Positions 43,815-54,374 of a DNA stretch of 64,000 bases are shown here, piece after piece (position 1 is the first letter of the stretch; each line of letters opens with the position of its first letter). The DNA is taken from assembly GCA_900617105.1 (NCBI GenBank), contig UYFQ01000600.1, positions 62,001 to 126,000 on the forward strand, read 5' to 3'. A program made the translations under genes and the position numbers. The notes under the pieces were generated by a model. That model searched no databases. It was not told where the DNA came from and was given only the letters and a program-made list of their open reading frames with translations. The stretch comes from Hydrurus foetidus. Its lineage: Eukaryota.

Positions 43815-44338
43815 TCAGGCGACCGCGACCCTGCCCGAAAGGCCTTCATCGCCGCCCTCGACCAGGGCCTTGAGCAGCACGCGCCGCTGATCGACAGGCC
43901 CCGGCATGGCGATCCCGCCGTGTGCGCGGCCGAGAAGCCGGCGCGGGTGAAATAGGGCGCGTCGCCGACCAGCAGCACGGCCTTCCAGCCGGCGGCCCGG
44001 GCGGCCTCGCAGGCGTGCTCCACCAGGGTCTGGCCCAGGCCCACGCTGCGCTCGTCGGGATCGACGGCCAGAGGGCCCAGGAAAGCGACCGCCGCGCCGC
44101 CGATGGTCACGGGCCACATCCGCACGCAACCCACCGGGCGGCCCTCGCGCATCGCGACAAACGAGCAGTCGGCCAGCAGGCGGTTGCCCTCGCGCAGCCG
44201 CTCGGAAACCTTGGCGAACCGGCCCGGGCCAAACACCCGGTCGATCAAGGCGGTGACGGGGATTTCCATGGCGGGCGTCTCAAGGACGAGCGCGGGGGCG
44301 GAAACGGCGGAACTGGGAGCAAGGGAAATGGAGGTCAT
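43815..44338 (-). CDS. GNAT family N-acetyltransferase (frameshift near 43915)
   Basis: FGPGRFAK...RLRE, LGPLAVDP...GLG and LLVGDAPYF. Confidence 0.88.
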
Positions 44339-44396
44339 CAGCCTTCGGAATGCGAAAGGTCGTCGGGGGGCTCCCGACGCCAGGCGCGGGAGGGCT

Positions 44397-44438
44397 TCAG
44401 ATCGTGGCGCTATCGCGCGTCATTCGTCGCAGGCGCAT
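44397..44438 (-). promoter_or_regulatory. Candidate leader peptide MRLRRMTRDSATI
   Basis: GGAGG 7 nt before the ATG, tandem CGA CGA codons, and hairpins between it and the GNAT start. Confidence 0.55.
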
Positions 44439-44548
44439 GGCCGGACCTCCCAAGCCTCAAGGGCATGAACTTGCGGGCGCTGTAGGGCCAAGCCTCTTTC
44501 AGGTCAATAACGTTGCGGCGGGGCCAAGCGCCAGTATGGTGCGGCGCA

Positions 44549-45817
44549 ATGTCTGACATCCCCTCCCCGGCCGAAGACCCGTCTCCCGACACCTCTACCC
44601 GCGCCCTGTTGCGGGAGCGTGACTTCATGCTGTTCTGGGCCCTGCGGTTCATCTCGACCCTGGGCGTGCAGATCCAGTCGGTGGCCCTGGGCTGGCAGGT
44701 CTATGCCATCGCCCGCGAGACGCGGTCCGTCGGCGAGTCGGCCTTCCTGGTCAGCATGATCGGCCTGGCCCAGTTCCTGCCGCTGCTGGCCCTGACCCTG
44801 ATCGCCGGCGAGACCGCCGACCGCCGCACCCGCAAATTCATCGTCGCCATCAGCCTGGCCGTCGACGCCGTCAGCGCCAGCGTGCTGCTGCTCCTGGCCT
44901 TGAGCGGCTCGCATGCCCTGTGGCCGGTGTTCGCCGTCTCGGTGATGTTCGGGGCCAGCCGCGCCTTCCTGTCGCCGGCCAGCAGCGCCCTGGGACCCAT
45001 GCTGGTGCCGCGCCCCCTGCTGCCCCGCGCCATCGCCTGGAACGCCCTGTCCTGGCAGAGCGGCTCGATCATCGGCCCGGCCATCGGCGGCCTGCTGCTG
45101 ATCCATTCGCCATCCCTGGCCTTCGGCGCGGCTCTGGTCCTCTATCTGGCCGCCGCGATCATGGCCCTGATGATCCGCAAGAACACCAGGCCTGAAACCC
45201 AGCCCGGTTCGCGGCTGGCCCTGATCAAGGAGGGGCTCTCCTATGTATGGAACAACAAGATCGTGTTCGGCTCGATCTCGCTGGACCTGTTCGCGGTGAT
45301 CCTGGGCGGGGCCACGGCCCTGCTGCCGGTGTTCGCCAAGGACGTGCTGCATGTGGGGCCGGCGGGCTTTGGCATCCTGCGCGCCGCGCCGGCCATCGGT
45401 GCGACGATCGTGGCGATCTATCTGGCCAGCAACCCGATCCGCAGCAAGGCCGGCCCGATCATGTTCGCGGGCGTGGCGGTGTTCGGCGCCGCCACGGTGG
45501 TCTTTGGCCTCTCGCAGGTGATGTGGCTTTCGGTCGGGGCCCTGGCCCTGCTGGGCGGGGCCGACATGCTCAGCGTCTATGTCCGCCAGACCCTGGTGCA
45601 GATCGTCACCCCCGACGCCATGCGCGGCCGTGTCGCCGCCGTCTCTGGCGTGTTCATCAGCGCCTCCAACGAACTGGGCGAGGCCGAGAGCGGCGTCGCG
45701 GCCTGGTTCATGGGCCCGGTCGGGGCGGCGGTGTTCGGCGGGATCGGCGCGCTGGGCGTCACGGGCCTGTGGGCCTGGCTGTTCCCGGAACTGCGGAAAG
45801 CCGACCGGCTGGATTGA
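44549..45817 (+). CDS. MFS transporter
   Basis: About 12 TMs, AGETADRRTRK motif A and PDAMRGRV. Confidence 0.92.
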   Translation: MSDIPSPAEDPSPDTSTRALLRERDFMLFWALRFISTLGVQIQSVALGWQVYAIARETRSVGESAFLVSMIGLAQFLPLLALTLIAGETADRRTRKFIVAISLAVDAVSASVLLLLALSGSHALWPVFAVSVMFGASRAFLSPASSALGPMLVPRPLLPRAIAWNALSWQSGSIIGPAIGGLLLIHSPSLAFGAALVLYLAAAIMALMIRKNTRPETQPGSRLALIKEGLSYVWNNKIVFGSISLDLFAVILGGATALLPVFAKDVLHVGPAGFGILRAAPAIGATIVAIYLASNPIRSKAGPIMFAGVAVFGAATVVFGLSQVMWLSVGALALLGGADMLSVYVRQTLVQIVTPDAMRGRVAAVSGVFISASNELGEAESGVAAWFMGPVGAAVFGGIGALGVTGLWAWLFPELRKADRLD

Positions 45818-45894
45818 AGGCGGCATTGCCGAATCTTCTTTCCAAAGCCTCGCAAGGCGGCCATGAATGTTGCTTATTTGTTCATGGTGGATAC

Positions 45895-46174
45895 ATGTCC
45901 GGCAAGGCTCCCAGCAAACAGGTCGATGTGGGTCCCTGCCCCTTCTGCGGCGTCATCATTTGCGGGCTGGCCCGCGCCGTCGGCGTCACCCCTGAAGACC
46001 GCGACGCCTTCCGGAGACGCCGTCATCTGCCACGGCTGCGGCTGCATCGCCGTCTGCGTGCCGGGCCACGTGAAGCGATTGCGGCGCCCGACCGATCAGG
46101 AACGGGCAGAAATCATTCAGGATCCTGCCGTCGGGATCGTGATCCGCTCGGTTTGGGCCCGAAATGCTGAATAG
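45895..46174 (+). CDS. Small Cys-rich (Zn-ribbon-like) hypothetical protein (frameshift near 46005)
   Basis: MSGKAP...GPCPFCG in one frame and AVICHGCGC...LRRPTDQE in the next. Confidence 0.5.
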
Positions 46175-46214
46175 GAGGCCGAGCGGGCCAGGCGGCCGAC
46201 CTTGAACTGAGGGG

Positions 46215-46694
46215 TCAGATCCCCGCCAGCCTGCGCAGGGCGTCGCCGGTCATCCGCCGGATGATCCATTCGTCCAGCGCCGCAGCGCCCAGGCTGTCAT
46301 AGAAGGCGATGGACGGCGCGTTCCAGTCCAGCACCGACCATTCCAGTCGGCCCAGATTCTCGTCCACGCAACGCCGGGCCAGATTGGCCAGCAGGGCCTT
46401 GCCCGCGCCGGAACCTCGCGCCTCGGGCCGCACGAACAGGTCTTCCAGATAGATCCCGTGCCGCCCGACAAAGGTCGAGAAATTGTAGAACCACAGGGCA
46501 AAGCCCACCGGTTCACCGTCGATCTGCGCGATGTCGCAGAACGCCCGAGGGTTTTCGCCAAACAGCGCCGCCGTCAGATGGGCCTGCGTCGCCTCCACCG
46601 AATCCAGCAGCTTTTCATACTCGGCCAGATCGCGGATGAACTGCAGGATCAGGGCGCTGTCAGCGACGACGGCCGGACGGATGGAAACGGACAT
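46215..46694 (-). CDS. GNAT N-acetyltransferase (diamine acetyltransferase-like)
   Basis: LAEYEK, FSTFVGRHGIYLEDLFVRP and EWSVLDWN. Confidence 0.92.
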   Translation of the reverse strand: MSVSIRPAVVADSALILQFIRDLAEYEKLLDSVEATQAHLTAALFGENPRAFCDIAQIDGEPVGFALWFYNFSTFVGRHGIYLEDLFVRPEARGSGAGKALLANLARRCVDENLGRLEWSVLDWNAPSIAFYDSLGAAALDEWIIRRMTGDALRRLAGI

Positions 46695-47020
46695 GGCGGT
46701 CTCTTCGGACTATCTGGACTTCGTGCTCGAACAGCTGGCCCCGCTGGGGGTGCTGACCTCGCGCAAGATGTTTGGCGGGGTCGGGCTCTATGCGAACGGC
46801 CTGTTCTTCGCCCTGATCGACGACGACACCCTCTATCTCAAGGGCGACGAGTCGCTGAAAGGCGATTTCGAGGCCGCCGGCTCCCACGCCTTCGATCCCT
46901 TCGGCGAGGGCAAGCCCATGGCCTATTGGACCGCGCCGGTCGACGCCCTGGATGACGGCGACCTGCTGGTCCGTGGGCAAGGCGGTCGCTTGAGGTGGCT
47001 TCGCGGAAGAAGAAGCGCTC
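46693..47020 (+). CDS. TfoX/Sxy N-terminal domain protein (end approximate)
   Basis: MAVSSDYLDFVLEQL...RKMFGGVGLY...FALI...LYLK...MAYW. Confidence 0.85.
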
Positions 47021-47872
47021 AGCCGATTTTCACCCCGGGCGGCGGAACGCTGTCCTCCGGCACGAAGAAGTCCGGCATCAGGGTGGCGGTCGGGTCGACG
47101 GCATAGGGGGTGAAATCGGTGACCCCCTCGCCGTACAGGAACGTGTCGTCGATCAGGAAATTGCCCGAGAACTCCCGCGATGGCTTGCCGAAGATCGCAT
47201 GAGCGGCATCAGCCATGATCTCGACCTTGCGGCAGTGGCGCAGGCCTTCCTCGCCGGTCAGGGCGAACTGGATGGCGGCGGTGGCGATGCCGGTGCGCGG
47301 CCACAGGGCGTTGAAGGCGATGCCGTCGCCGCGGAATTCCTCGGCCATGCCCAGAACGCACAGGCTCATATTGTACTTGGCCATCGAATAGGCGACGTGC
47401 GGCGCAAACCAGCGGGGCTTCATGTCCAGCGGCGGCGACAGCATCAGCACGTGCGGGTTTTCCGCCTTCTTCAGGTGCGGGATGCAGGCCTTGGAGACCA
47501 GGAACGTGCCGCGCCCGTTGACCTGATGCATCAGGTCGTATCGCTTCATCTCGGTCGACAGGGTGCCGGTGATCGAGATGGCCGAGGCGTTGTTGACGCA
47601 GATGTCGATGCCGCCGAACCGGGCCACGGCCTTCTCGACCGCCTCATAGACGCTGGCTTCCTCGCGCACATCGACGATCAGCGGCAGGGCCTGGCCGCCG
47701 GCCGCCTCGATCTGCGCGGCCGCTGAATAGATCGTCCCCGGCAGCTTGGGATGGGCCTCGGCGGTCTTGGCGGCGATGACGATATTGGCCCGTCGCGCGC
47801 CGCCCGCAGGGCGATGAAGCCGATGCCGCGGGAGGCCCCGGTCACGAACAGGGTCTTGTTCTTCAAGCTCAT
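47019..47872 (-). CDS. SDR oxidoreductase, HSDL2-like (frameshifted)
   Basis: LFVTGASRGIG, AKTAEAHPKLPGTI, NNASAI, YSMAKY and NALWP. Confidence 0.9.
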
Positions 47873-48385
47873 GCGGGGTCTCCACGGGGTTTGAGCAGAT
47901 CGACGGCGGCGGCCACGAAGCCGAGAATGAAGGCCATCTTGGCCACGTGCGCGATCGGACCGTGATCCTTCAGGACCAGGCCCGCAAGGCCGATGACGAG
48001 GGCGGCGATCCACAGGCCGGCGGCGATGCGGAAGGGCCCCCGGGCCCGCAGCAGATCCACACCCCAGACGGCCATGCCGATCGACCAGACGCTGGAAGCG
48101 ATCATGCGACGCCTCGCCGAAGATGGCGGCCGACGAGGTCCGCACCAGCAGCACGCCCAGCAGGGCCAGGACAAAGCCGGCCAGGGCGATGGGGCCGGCC
48201 GAACGTCCGCTCACGGAGCGAACGCCCAGCATGCCGAAGACCAGCAGCAGATCGATGGCCACATAGACGAGGTGCGGCCAGGGCTGCGCGAGGCGCGGAT
48301 AGATCAGGAACGGCGCCAGAACATCGATGGCCGCGCCCAAAATCGTGGCGCCCCCGGCCAGCCGCAGGACGGAACGGCTCTCCAT
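47869..48385 (-). CDS. Hypothetical membrane protein (frameshifted)
   Basis: MESRSVLRLAGG... with about six TM segments; coupled to both neighbours. Confidence 0.65.
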
Positions 48386-49354
48386 CAGGCGCCGGCCCCC
48401 GTCGTTTCCACCGACAGCGCCCACAGACGCTCGGCCGCCTCGGGATCGAGGGCGTGAGGCAGGACGCCGGCCCAGGGCTTTTCCTTGGTCCAGGGCTCGG
48501 CCTGGGCCAGGTCTTCCAGATAGAGCCCGCCCACACCTTCCAGTTCGTCGCCGACGGCGGCCCAGACGCTGGTCGAGGCGCCCTCTTCCGTCGTCTTGAA
48601 GCCGTCGCGAACCTTGCCGTTCTCGTCGATCCAGCCCAGGGCGATCTGCTCCTCGATCGGCAGGTGGCGCTGCAGCGGGGTCATGATCCCGCCCGGCATC
48701 ACGGCGTTGGCGGTGACGCCCTGATCCTTGAAGCGCTTGTTGAAGCCGACCGCGAACAGGGCGTTGGCGGTCTTGGCATGGCCGTAGCTTTCCCACTTGT
48801 CGTAGGCGCGGGTCTTGTAGTGCGGGTCATCGAAGTTGAAGCCCGCCCGGCGGTGGCCGATCGATGACAGCGAGACCAGCCGCGAGCTCTTGCCCGACGC
48901 CTTGGCGCCGGCGATCAGGTTCGGGGCCAGCAGCACCGACAGCAGGAAGTGGCCGAAATGGTTGGTGCCGACCTGCATCTCCAGCCCGTCCTCGGTATAG
49001 GTCAGGGGGCTGGCCATGACGCCGGCGTTGTTGATCAGGATGTTCAGCGGCTTGTCGCCCCAGCGCTCGGCGAAGGCGCGGATCGACTTGAAGCTGGAGA
49101 GGTCCAGCATCGACCAGGAGGCCTTGGCGCCCTTGGCGGTCTTGTTGACCTCGGCGACGGCGGCTTCGGCCAGATCCGGCTTGCGGACGGCGATGACCAC
49201 CTCCGCCCCGGCCTCGGCCAGGGCGCGGGCGGTCTCGACGCCGATGCCGGTGGCAGCCGGTGACGATGGCGACCTTGCCGGTCAGGTCGTGGCCGGCGAC
49301 CACGTCGCGGGCCGGGGTGTAGGGCGAAAAGCCCGAGGTGATGCGGTCGGCCAT
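48385..49354 (-). CDS. SDR oxidoreductase, retinol-dehydrogenase-like (frameshift near 49255)
   Basis: AIVTG...GIG, INNAGVM, TNHFGHF, YGHAKTAN and GASTSVWAA. Confidence 0.9.
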
Positions 49355-49391
49355 GTCGTTCTCTCCCGTGATTTTTTTGGTATTCGGAACG

Positions 49392-49808
49392 CTACAATTG
49401 CAGGGTCAGCAGCCCCAGGGCGATGGCCAGGCATAGTGGGCCATAGGCGCGGCGGTTGAGGCGGGCGAAGGGCGTGCCCTCGGCATAGCGGAAGACCGGC
49501 GCCGCATAGGTCGCTAGCCCCCGCAGGGCGAAGACGGCGAACAAGGGCCAGCGCGCGATCCACAGCCAGAAACTCAGCGGCGAGGCCGGAGCCAGCGTGG
49601 CGAGGGTCAGCAGGCCGCCTCCCGCCAGCGCGACCGCGACGGCGGCGCAGGCCAGCGGTCCTGGCGCGCGCATGCCGGCCGTGCGGCCGACCACATGCTC
49701 GACCAGCGAGGCCTCGTCATGACCTGGCCACCGCCCGCCGAACGCCCAGTACAGATGGACGCCGGCCAGGGCGAAGAGCGTCGCCGCCAGGATCACGGTC
49801 AGAAGCAC
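49392..49808 (-). CDS. DUF3995-like membrane protein
   Basis: HLYWAFGGRWP...LRGL...YGPLCL. Confidence 0.75.
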   Translation of the reverse strand: MLLTVILAATLFALAGVHLYWAFGGRWPGHDEASLVEHVVGRTAGMRAPGPLACAAVAVALAGGGLLTLATLAPASPLSFWLWIARWPLFAVFALRGLATYAAPVFRYAEGTPFARLNRRAYGPLCLAIALGLLTLQL

Positions 49809-49812
49809 GGCG

Positions 49813-50583
49813 TCAGGCGACCTTGCTGAAGTCCGCCGGTCGCCGCTCGGCGAAGGCCATGAAGGCTTCGCGGGCTTCGGCGGTCTGCAGACGCTCGGCG
49901 AACAGCGCGCCCTCGGTGTCCATCAGCGCGCTGATCTTCTCGGCGTCGCGCATCAGGCGCTTGGTGATGGTCAGGGCGCCCAGCGGTCGCTTGGCCAGTT
50001 GGTCGGCCGAAGCGCGGGCCAGGCGCAGAAGCTCGTCCAGCGGCACCACCGCGTTCGACAGGCCCCAGGCGGCGGCAGTCGTGCCGTCCACGGCTTCGCC
50101 CAGGGCGAACATGGCATAAGCGCGGGCATGGCCGATGCGGGCCGGCAGCAGCCAGCTGGAGGCGGCTTCCGGCACCAGAGCCAGGTTGACGAAGGGCGTG
50201 GTCAGGCGGGCGTCGGGGCTGGTGAACACCAGGTCGCAGTGCAGCAGCATGGTCGTGCCCACGCCGACGGCCTGGCCGTGCACGGCGGCGACCAGCGGCC
50301 GGGTGGCGTTGGCCAGGGCCTTGAGGAACCGCCCCACATGCCGCTCGCCGCTGAAGCCGCCGGTGGCCTGGGCGGTGAAGTCGGCCAGGTCATTGCCGGC
50401 GGTGAAGGCGTCGCCATCGGCCTGGAACACCACCACCCGCACGGCGGGGTCGGTCTCGGCCTGCTCCAGGCTGTCGGCCAGCACGCCGTACATGGCGTTG
50501 GACAGGGCGTTCTTCTTTTCCGGGCGCGACAGGGTGATGGTCATCACGCCGGCGTCGATCTGAACTTTCACATGCTCGGTCAT
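49813..50583 (-). CDS. Enoyl-CoA hydratase/isomerase
   Basis: RPEKKNAL, FTAGNDL, AVGVGTTMLLHCD and LVPEAASS. AGGAG RBS upstream of ATG 50583. Confidence 0.9.
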   Translation of the reverse strand: MTEHVKVQIDAGVMTITLSRPEKKNALSNAMYGVLADSLEQAETDPAVRVVVFQADGDAFTAGNDLADFTAQATGGFSGERHVGRFLKALANATRPLVAAVHGQAVGVGTTMLLHCDLVFTSPDARLTTPFVNLALVPEAASSWLLPARIGHARAYAMFALGEAVDGTTAAAWGLSNAVVPLDELLRLARASADQLAKRPLGALTITKRLMRDAEKISALMDTEGALFAERLQTAEAREAFMAFAERRPADFSKVA

Positions 50584-51024
50584 GCGGCGTCTCCTTTGGG
50601 GAAATTTGGTCTGCAGGCTCATCAGCCAGCGAGCGATCACGGCGATCTCGTCGTCCGAGAAGCCCTCGGTCAGGTTGGCGTTGATGCTGTCGAGGCCGCC
50701 CTTGGCGTACTGACGCGCCGCGCGGCCCTTTTCGGTCAGGTACAGCCGCATGGCGCGGCCGTCGGCCAGGTCGGGGCGACGCTCGACCAGATCCACCTTG
50801 GTCATCCGGTCGATCAGGCCGGTCATGGCCGAGGGGGCCAGGTCCAGGGCCTCGGCCGCCTCACCGATCAGGGCGCCGTCGCGCTGGCCCAGAAAGAACA
50901 GCACGCCCGAATGGGCCGCCGTCAGCCCGCCCTTGGCCGCCATCGCCGCCTCGATCCAGCGCTGAACGCGCCGATTGCCGGCGTTGAGCAGGAAGACAAG
51001 GCGGCGATCAGGCGGCACGGGCAT
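50580..51024 (-). CDS. MarR family regulator
   Basis: AEALDLAPSAMTGLIDRM...DGRA...LTEKG. Confidence 0.88.
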
Positions 51025-51036
51025 GGCGTGACGCTA

Positions 51037-51056
51037 ATACTTCGCGCACGAAATAT
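51037..51056. promoter_or_regulatory. Imperfect palindrome atacttcgcgcacgaaatat, candidate MarR operator
   Basis: Located 13 bp upstream of the MarR start. Confidence 0.55.
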
Positions 51057-52147
51057 CAAACGGTTGTTTCGACGACCTCCACGGCGCCGTACCAGGCCAC
51101 GCCCTCCGCGTCGGTGTCGCGGCGGACCACGCCGCGATGCATCAGGCAGTTGAGGTGGGCCAGAGCCTCCCCCGTCGCCATGCCGAGCAGATCGGGACCG
51201 ATCGGGCGGGCGAACAAAGCCCCGAACACATCCACCGCCCTTTTGGGCTCGACCACCTTGGACGCCAGGCGGCTCAGGCCTCGCTCATGGCCGCTGATCA
51301 GATGGTCGATGCGGGCGTGCAGGCCGTGGAACGGATCGTTGTGGGCGGGCAGGACCAGCACGCTGTCGGGCACGGTCGCCTTGACCTTGGCCAGGGACGA
51401 CAGCCAGTCGCTCAGGGGATCGGCCTCGGGCTCGGTGGGAAACACCGAGACATTGGACGAGATGCGCGGCAGCACTGGTCGCCGCTGATCAGAACGTCCA
51501 GTTCGGGGCACTAGAGACAGGCATGGTCGGGCGAGTGGCCCTGCCCGGTCACGACGCGCCAAGTGCGGCCGCCGATATCGAAATCCTCGCCGTCCGACAG
51601 CCGGCGATAGCTGTCAGGCAGGGCGTAGATCGCCTTGCCAGAAGCCGCCGAAGCGGGCCTTGTAGTTCTCGATGGCGTCCTCATCCCAGCCGGCGGCCTT
51701 GAAGAACCGCACGCCGTCCTCGGGCGCCTCGCGGCCGGTGTCGGCCACCAGCATCCGGCACTGGAAATATTCCAGCCGCGTCATCCACAGCCGGCAGTCG
51801 AACTTGCGCACGATCCAGCCGGCCAGGCCCACATGGTCGGGATGCAGGTGGGTGCAGATCACCCGGGTGATCGGCTTGCCGCCCAGGGCGCCGGTGAAGG
51901 CGGCCCGCCAGGCCTGGCTGGTCTCCTTGGTCTGCACGCCCGTATCGACGATGGCCCAGCCCTCGCCGTCGGCGATGGCCCAGACATTGATGAACTGCAG
52001 CGACCCGCCCAGCGGCTGCCTCAGCCACAAAACGCCCTCCGCCACCTCGACGGCCTGGCCGGTTCCCTGCTCAGGCACGGTCTCGAACGGGTAGATCAGC
52101 CGGGGCCTGCGCGGCTGCGCCTCATCCTCTTCCAATCCGTCGCGCAT
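51056..52147 (-). CDS. MBL-fold metallo-hydrolase (frameshifted)
   Basis: IVDTG, THLHPDHVG, GHSPDH, SGDQ and LPAH. Confidence 0.9.
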
Positions 52148-52255
52148 CTGTCGTCCCTTCCCGCCATGTTTTCGCTCACGTGGGAGGACATCTTGACCCC
52201 CAACGCAAGGGCGCGCTTATGTCCGCGCGAGGAATCCACCCAGGAGATGTTTCCC

Positions 52256-53596
52256 ATGAGGCCATTCGCGATCGGCTTGGTTGCCGCCCTCGCGCTCGGT
52301 GCGCTCGTGCCGGCAGCCGTCATTTCGGCGCCGAAAGAGAGCAAGGACAAGCCAAAGATTGACGCCAAGGCGCGTGAAGCGGGCATGAAAGACGCCCCCG
52401 CGCTCATGCAGGCCGTCAATACCGGCTGCACCGTCACCGACGCCCGCCTGATCGGCGCGGACAAGAAAACCGCGAGCACCTATTACGAGGTCGCCTGCCA
52501 GGACAGCATCGGCTTTGCGCTGATCGCCAAGAAGGACACCCCGCCGCAGGTGTTCACCTGCCTGGAAGCCAACGCGCCGGCCGCCGACGGCAATCCCAGC
52601 GCCCTGGCCTGCCTTCTGCCCGGCAACGCCGACCCCAAGGCCGGCCTCAAGCCGTTCGTCAGCAAGGCCAGCGTGCCCTGCGACATCGAAAACGCTCGCG
52701 CCATCGGCTCGGGCGCCAAGAAGTCGTACTTCGAAATCGCCTGCAAGGGCGGCACGGGCTACATCCTGCAGACCAGCGCCCCGGCCAATGCGGCTGACGA
52801 AGTGGTCGCCAGCAGCTGCCTGCTGTACGAAGAAGGCGCCAATGTCAGCTGCAAGCTGACCGACAAGGCCGCCCAGCTGGCCATCGTCGACACCCTGACC
52901 GCCGCGTCGGGCAAGAACTGTACGGTCAAGGACAAGCGCTACGTCCTGAGCACCAAGGCCGACAACTACTTCGAAGTCGCCTGCGCCGACGGCAAGGGCT
53001 ACATGCTGCAGCAGACGGCGGCCGGCGGGGCTCTGGCCCGCGCCATCGACTGCGCCCAGGCCGCCTTCGTCGGCGGCGGCTGCACCCTGACCGATTCGGT
53101 CGCGGCGCTGACCGAGCAGGCCGCTCTCTACAGCAAGCTGTCGACCAAGGGCGGCTTCAACTGCGATGTCGAAAAGTACGGCATGCTGCCCAGCGCCGAC
53201 CCAAAGAAGGAAATCGTCGAGCTGAAGTGCAAGAACCGTCCGGACGGCGCGATCGCGATCTTCTCGACCGGTCCGGCGGTGATCTATGACTGCCTGTTCG
53301 CCGAGATGAACGGCTATCGCTGCAGCTTCTCCAAGCAGGACACGCTGTTCCCGCGCCTGTCGGCCGATCTGAAGGCCTATGGCAAGGGCTCGTGCGAGGT
53401 CTCCGGCGTCCGCCTGGTCGGTCGCAACGAAACCGAAGGCTATTTCGAAGTCGCCTGCTCTGACGGCCTGCCCGGCTGGGTGATGAGCTATCCGGTCAAC
53501 ACGCCCAATCCGAAGTCGAAGGAAATCCTCGCCTGCTCGCAGGCCAAGGGCATCGGCGGCGGCTGCAAGCTGCCGACCAACGTCAAGAAGAGCTGA
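52256..53596 (+). CDS. Secreted Cys-rich repeat protein of unknown function
   Basis: Signal peptide, five YxEVAC-type repeats, strongly GC3-biased codons and its own terminator. Confidence 0.8.
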   Translation: MRPFAIGLVAALALGALVPAAVISAPKESKDKPKIDAKAREAGMKDAPALMQAVNTGCTVTDARLIGADKKTASTYYEVACQDSIGFALIAKKDTPPQVFTCLEANAPAADGNPSALACLLPGNADPKAGLKPFVSKASVPCDIENARAIGSGAKKSYFEIACKGGTGYILQTSAPANAADEVVASSCLLYEEGANVSCKLTDKAAQLAIVDTLTAASGKNCTVKDKRYVLSTKADNYFEVACADGKGYMLQQTAAGGALARAIDCAQAAFVGGGCTLTDSVAALTEQAALYSKLSTKGGFNCDVEKYGMLPSADPKKEIVELKCKNRPDGAIAIFSTGPAVIYDCLFAEMNGYRCSFSKQDTLFPRLSADLKAYGKGSCEVSGVRLVGRNETEGYFEVACSDGLPGWVMSYPVNTPNPKSKEILACSQAKGIGGGCKLPTNVKKS

Positions 53597-53619
53597 TCGG
53601 GTCGCAAGCCTGAAACAGC

Positions 53620-53656
53620 AAGCCCGCCGGGAGCGATCCCGGCGGGCTTTTTGTTG
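53620..53656 (+). terminator. Intrinsic terminator
   Basis: aagcccgccggga-gcga-tcccggcgggctt followed by tttgtt. Confidence 0.85.
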
Positions 53657-53690
53657 TCCGAAGTCCGGCCCCGAAGTCCGGCAAAGCCCC

Positions 53691-54367
53691 TCAGCGCAGG
53701 CTCATCACCTCGTCGAGGGCCAGCTTGGTCTTGGCGTGGGCCGGGACGGTGGCATCCTGCGCCGGGTGGCCAACCACCAACAGGATGTAGGGCTTTTCAT
53801 GGTCCGGCCGCCCGAGCGCCGTGTTGAGAAAGCCCATTGGGCTGGGCGTATGGGTCAGGGTCGCCAGACCCGCCTCGTTGAGCGCCGCGATCAGGAAGCC
53901 CGTCGCAATGCCCACCGATTCGGGCACGTAGTAGTGCTTGATCTTGCCGCCGGTCGCGTCGACGCCATGCCGCTGGCCGAAGATGGCGATCAGCCAGGGC
54001 GCAGTTTCAAGGAACGGCTTGTCGGCGTCGGTGCCCAAGGGCGTGAGGGCGTCGAGCCAGGCCTCCCCGGCCCGGCCGGCGTAGAATTCCCGCTCTTCAG
54101 CCTCGGCCGCAGCCCGAAGTTCCCGTCCGCAAAGGTCCCGGCCCAATCAGGACAAATCGCCAGGGCTGCTGGTTACGCCGCGGGCGCGGTCGCCGCCGCG
54201 GCGATACAGCGCTCGACCACCGCCCGCGGCACGGGACGGTCGCTGAAGGCGCGGATGGTGTGACGGCGGCGAAGCCGGGCCAGGGCCGCCTCCGCCCGCT
54301 CCAGCATCTGCTCGTCGGTCAGCTCCCAGCGATCCGGCAGGGGCAGATGGTCGGGCGGGGTGGTCAT
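53691..54367 (-). CDS. Nitroreductase family, iodotyrosine-deiodinase-like (indels near 54120-54180)
   Basis: [13 protein letters not shown]...[26 protein letters not shown] and THTPSPM. Confidence 0.82.
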
Positions 54368-54374
54368 GGCTCGC

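Noticed and set aside
49813..51024. Apparent MarR-enoyl-CoA hydratase fusion (403 aa)
   Set aside because: An AGGAG RBS and an ATGA overlap at 50580-50583 indicate two coupled genes joined by an indel.
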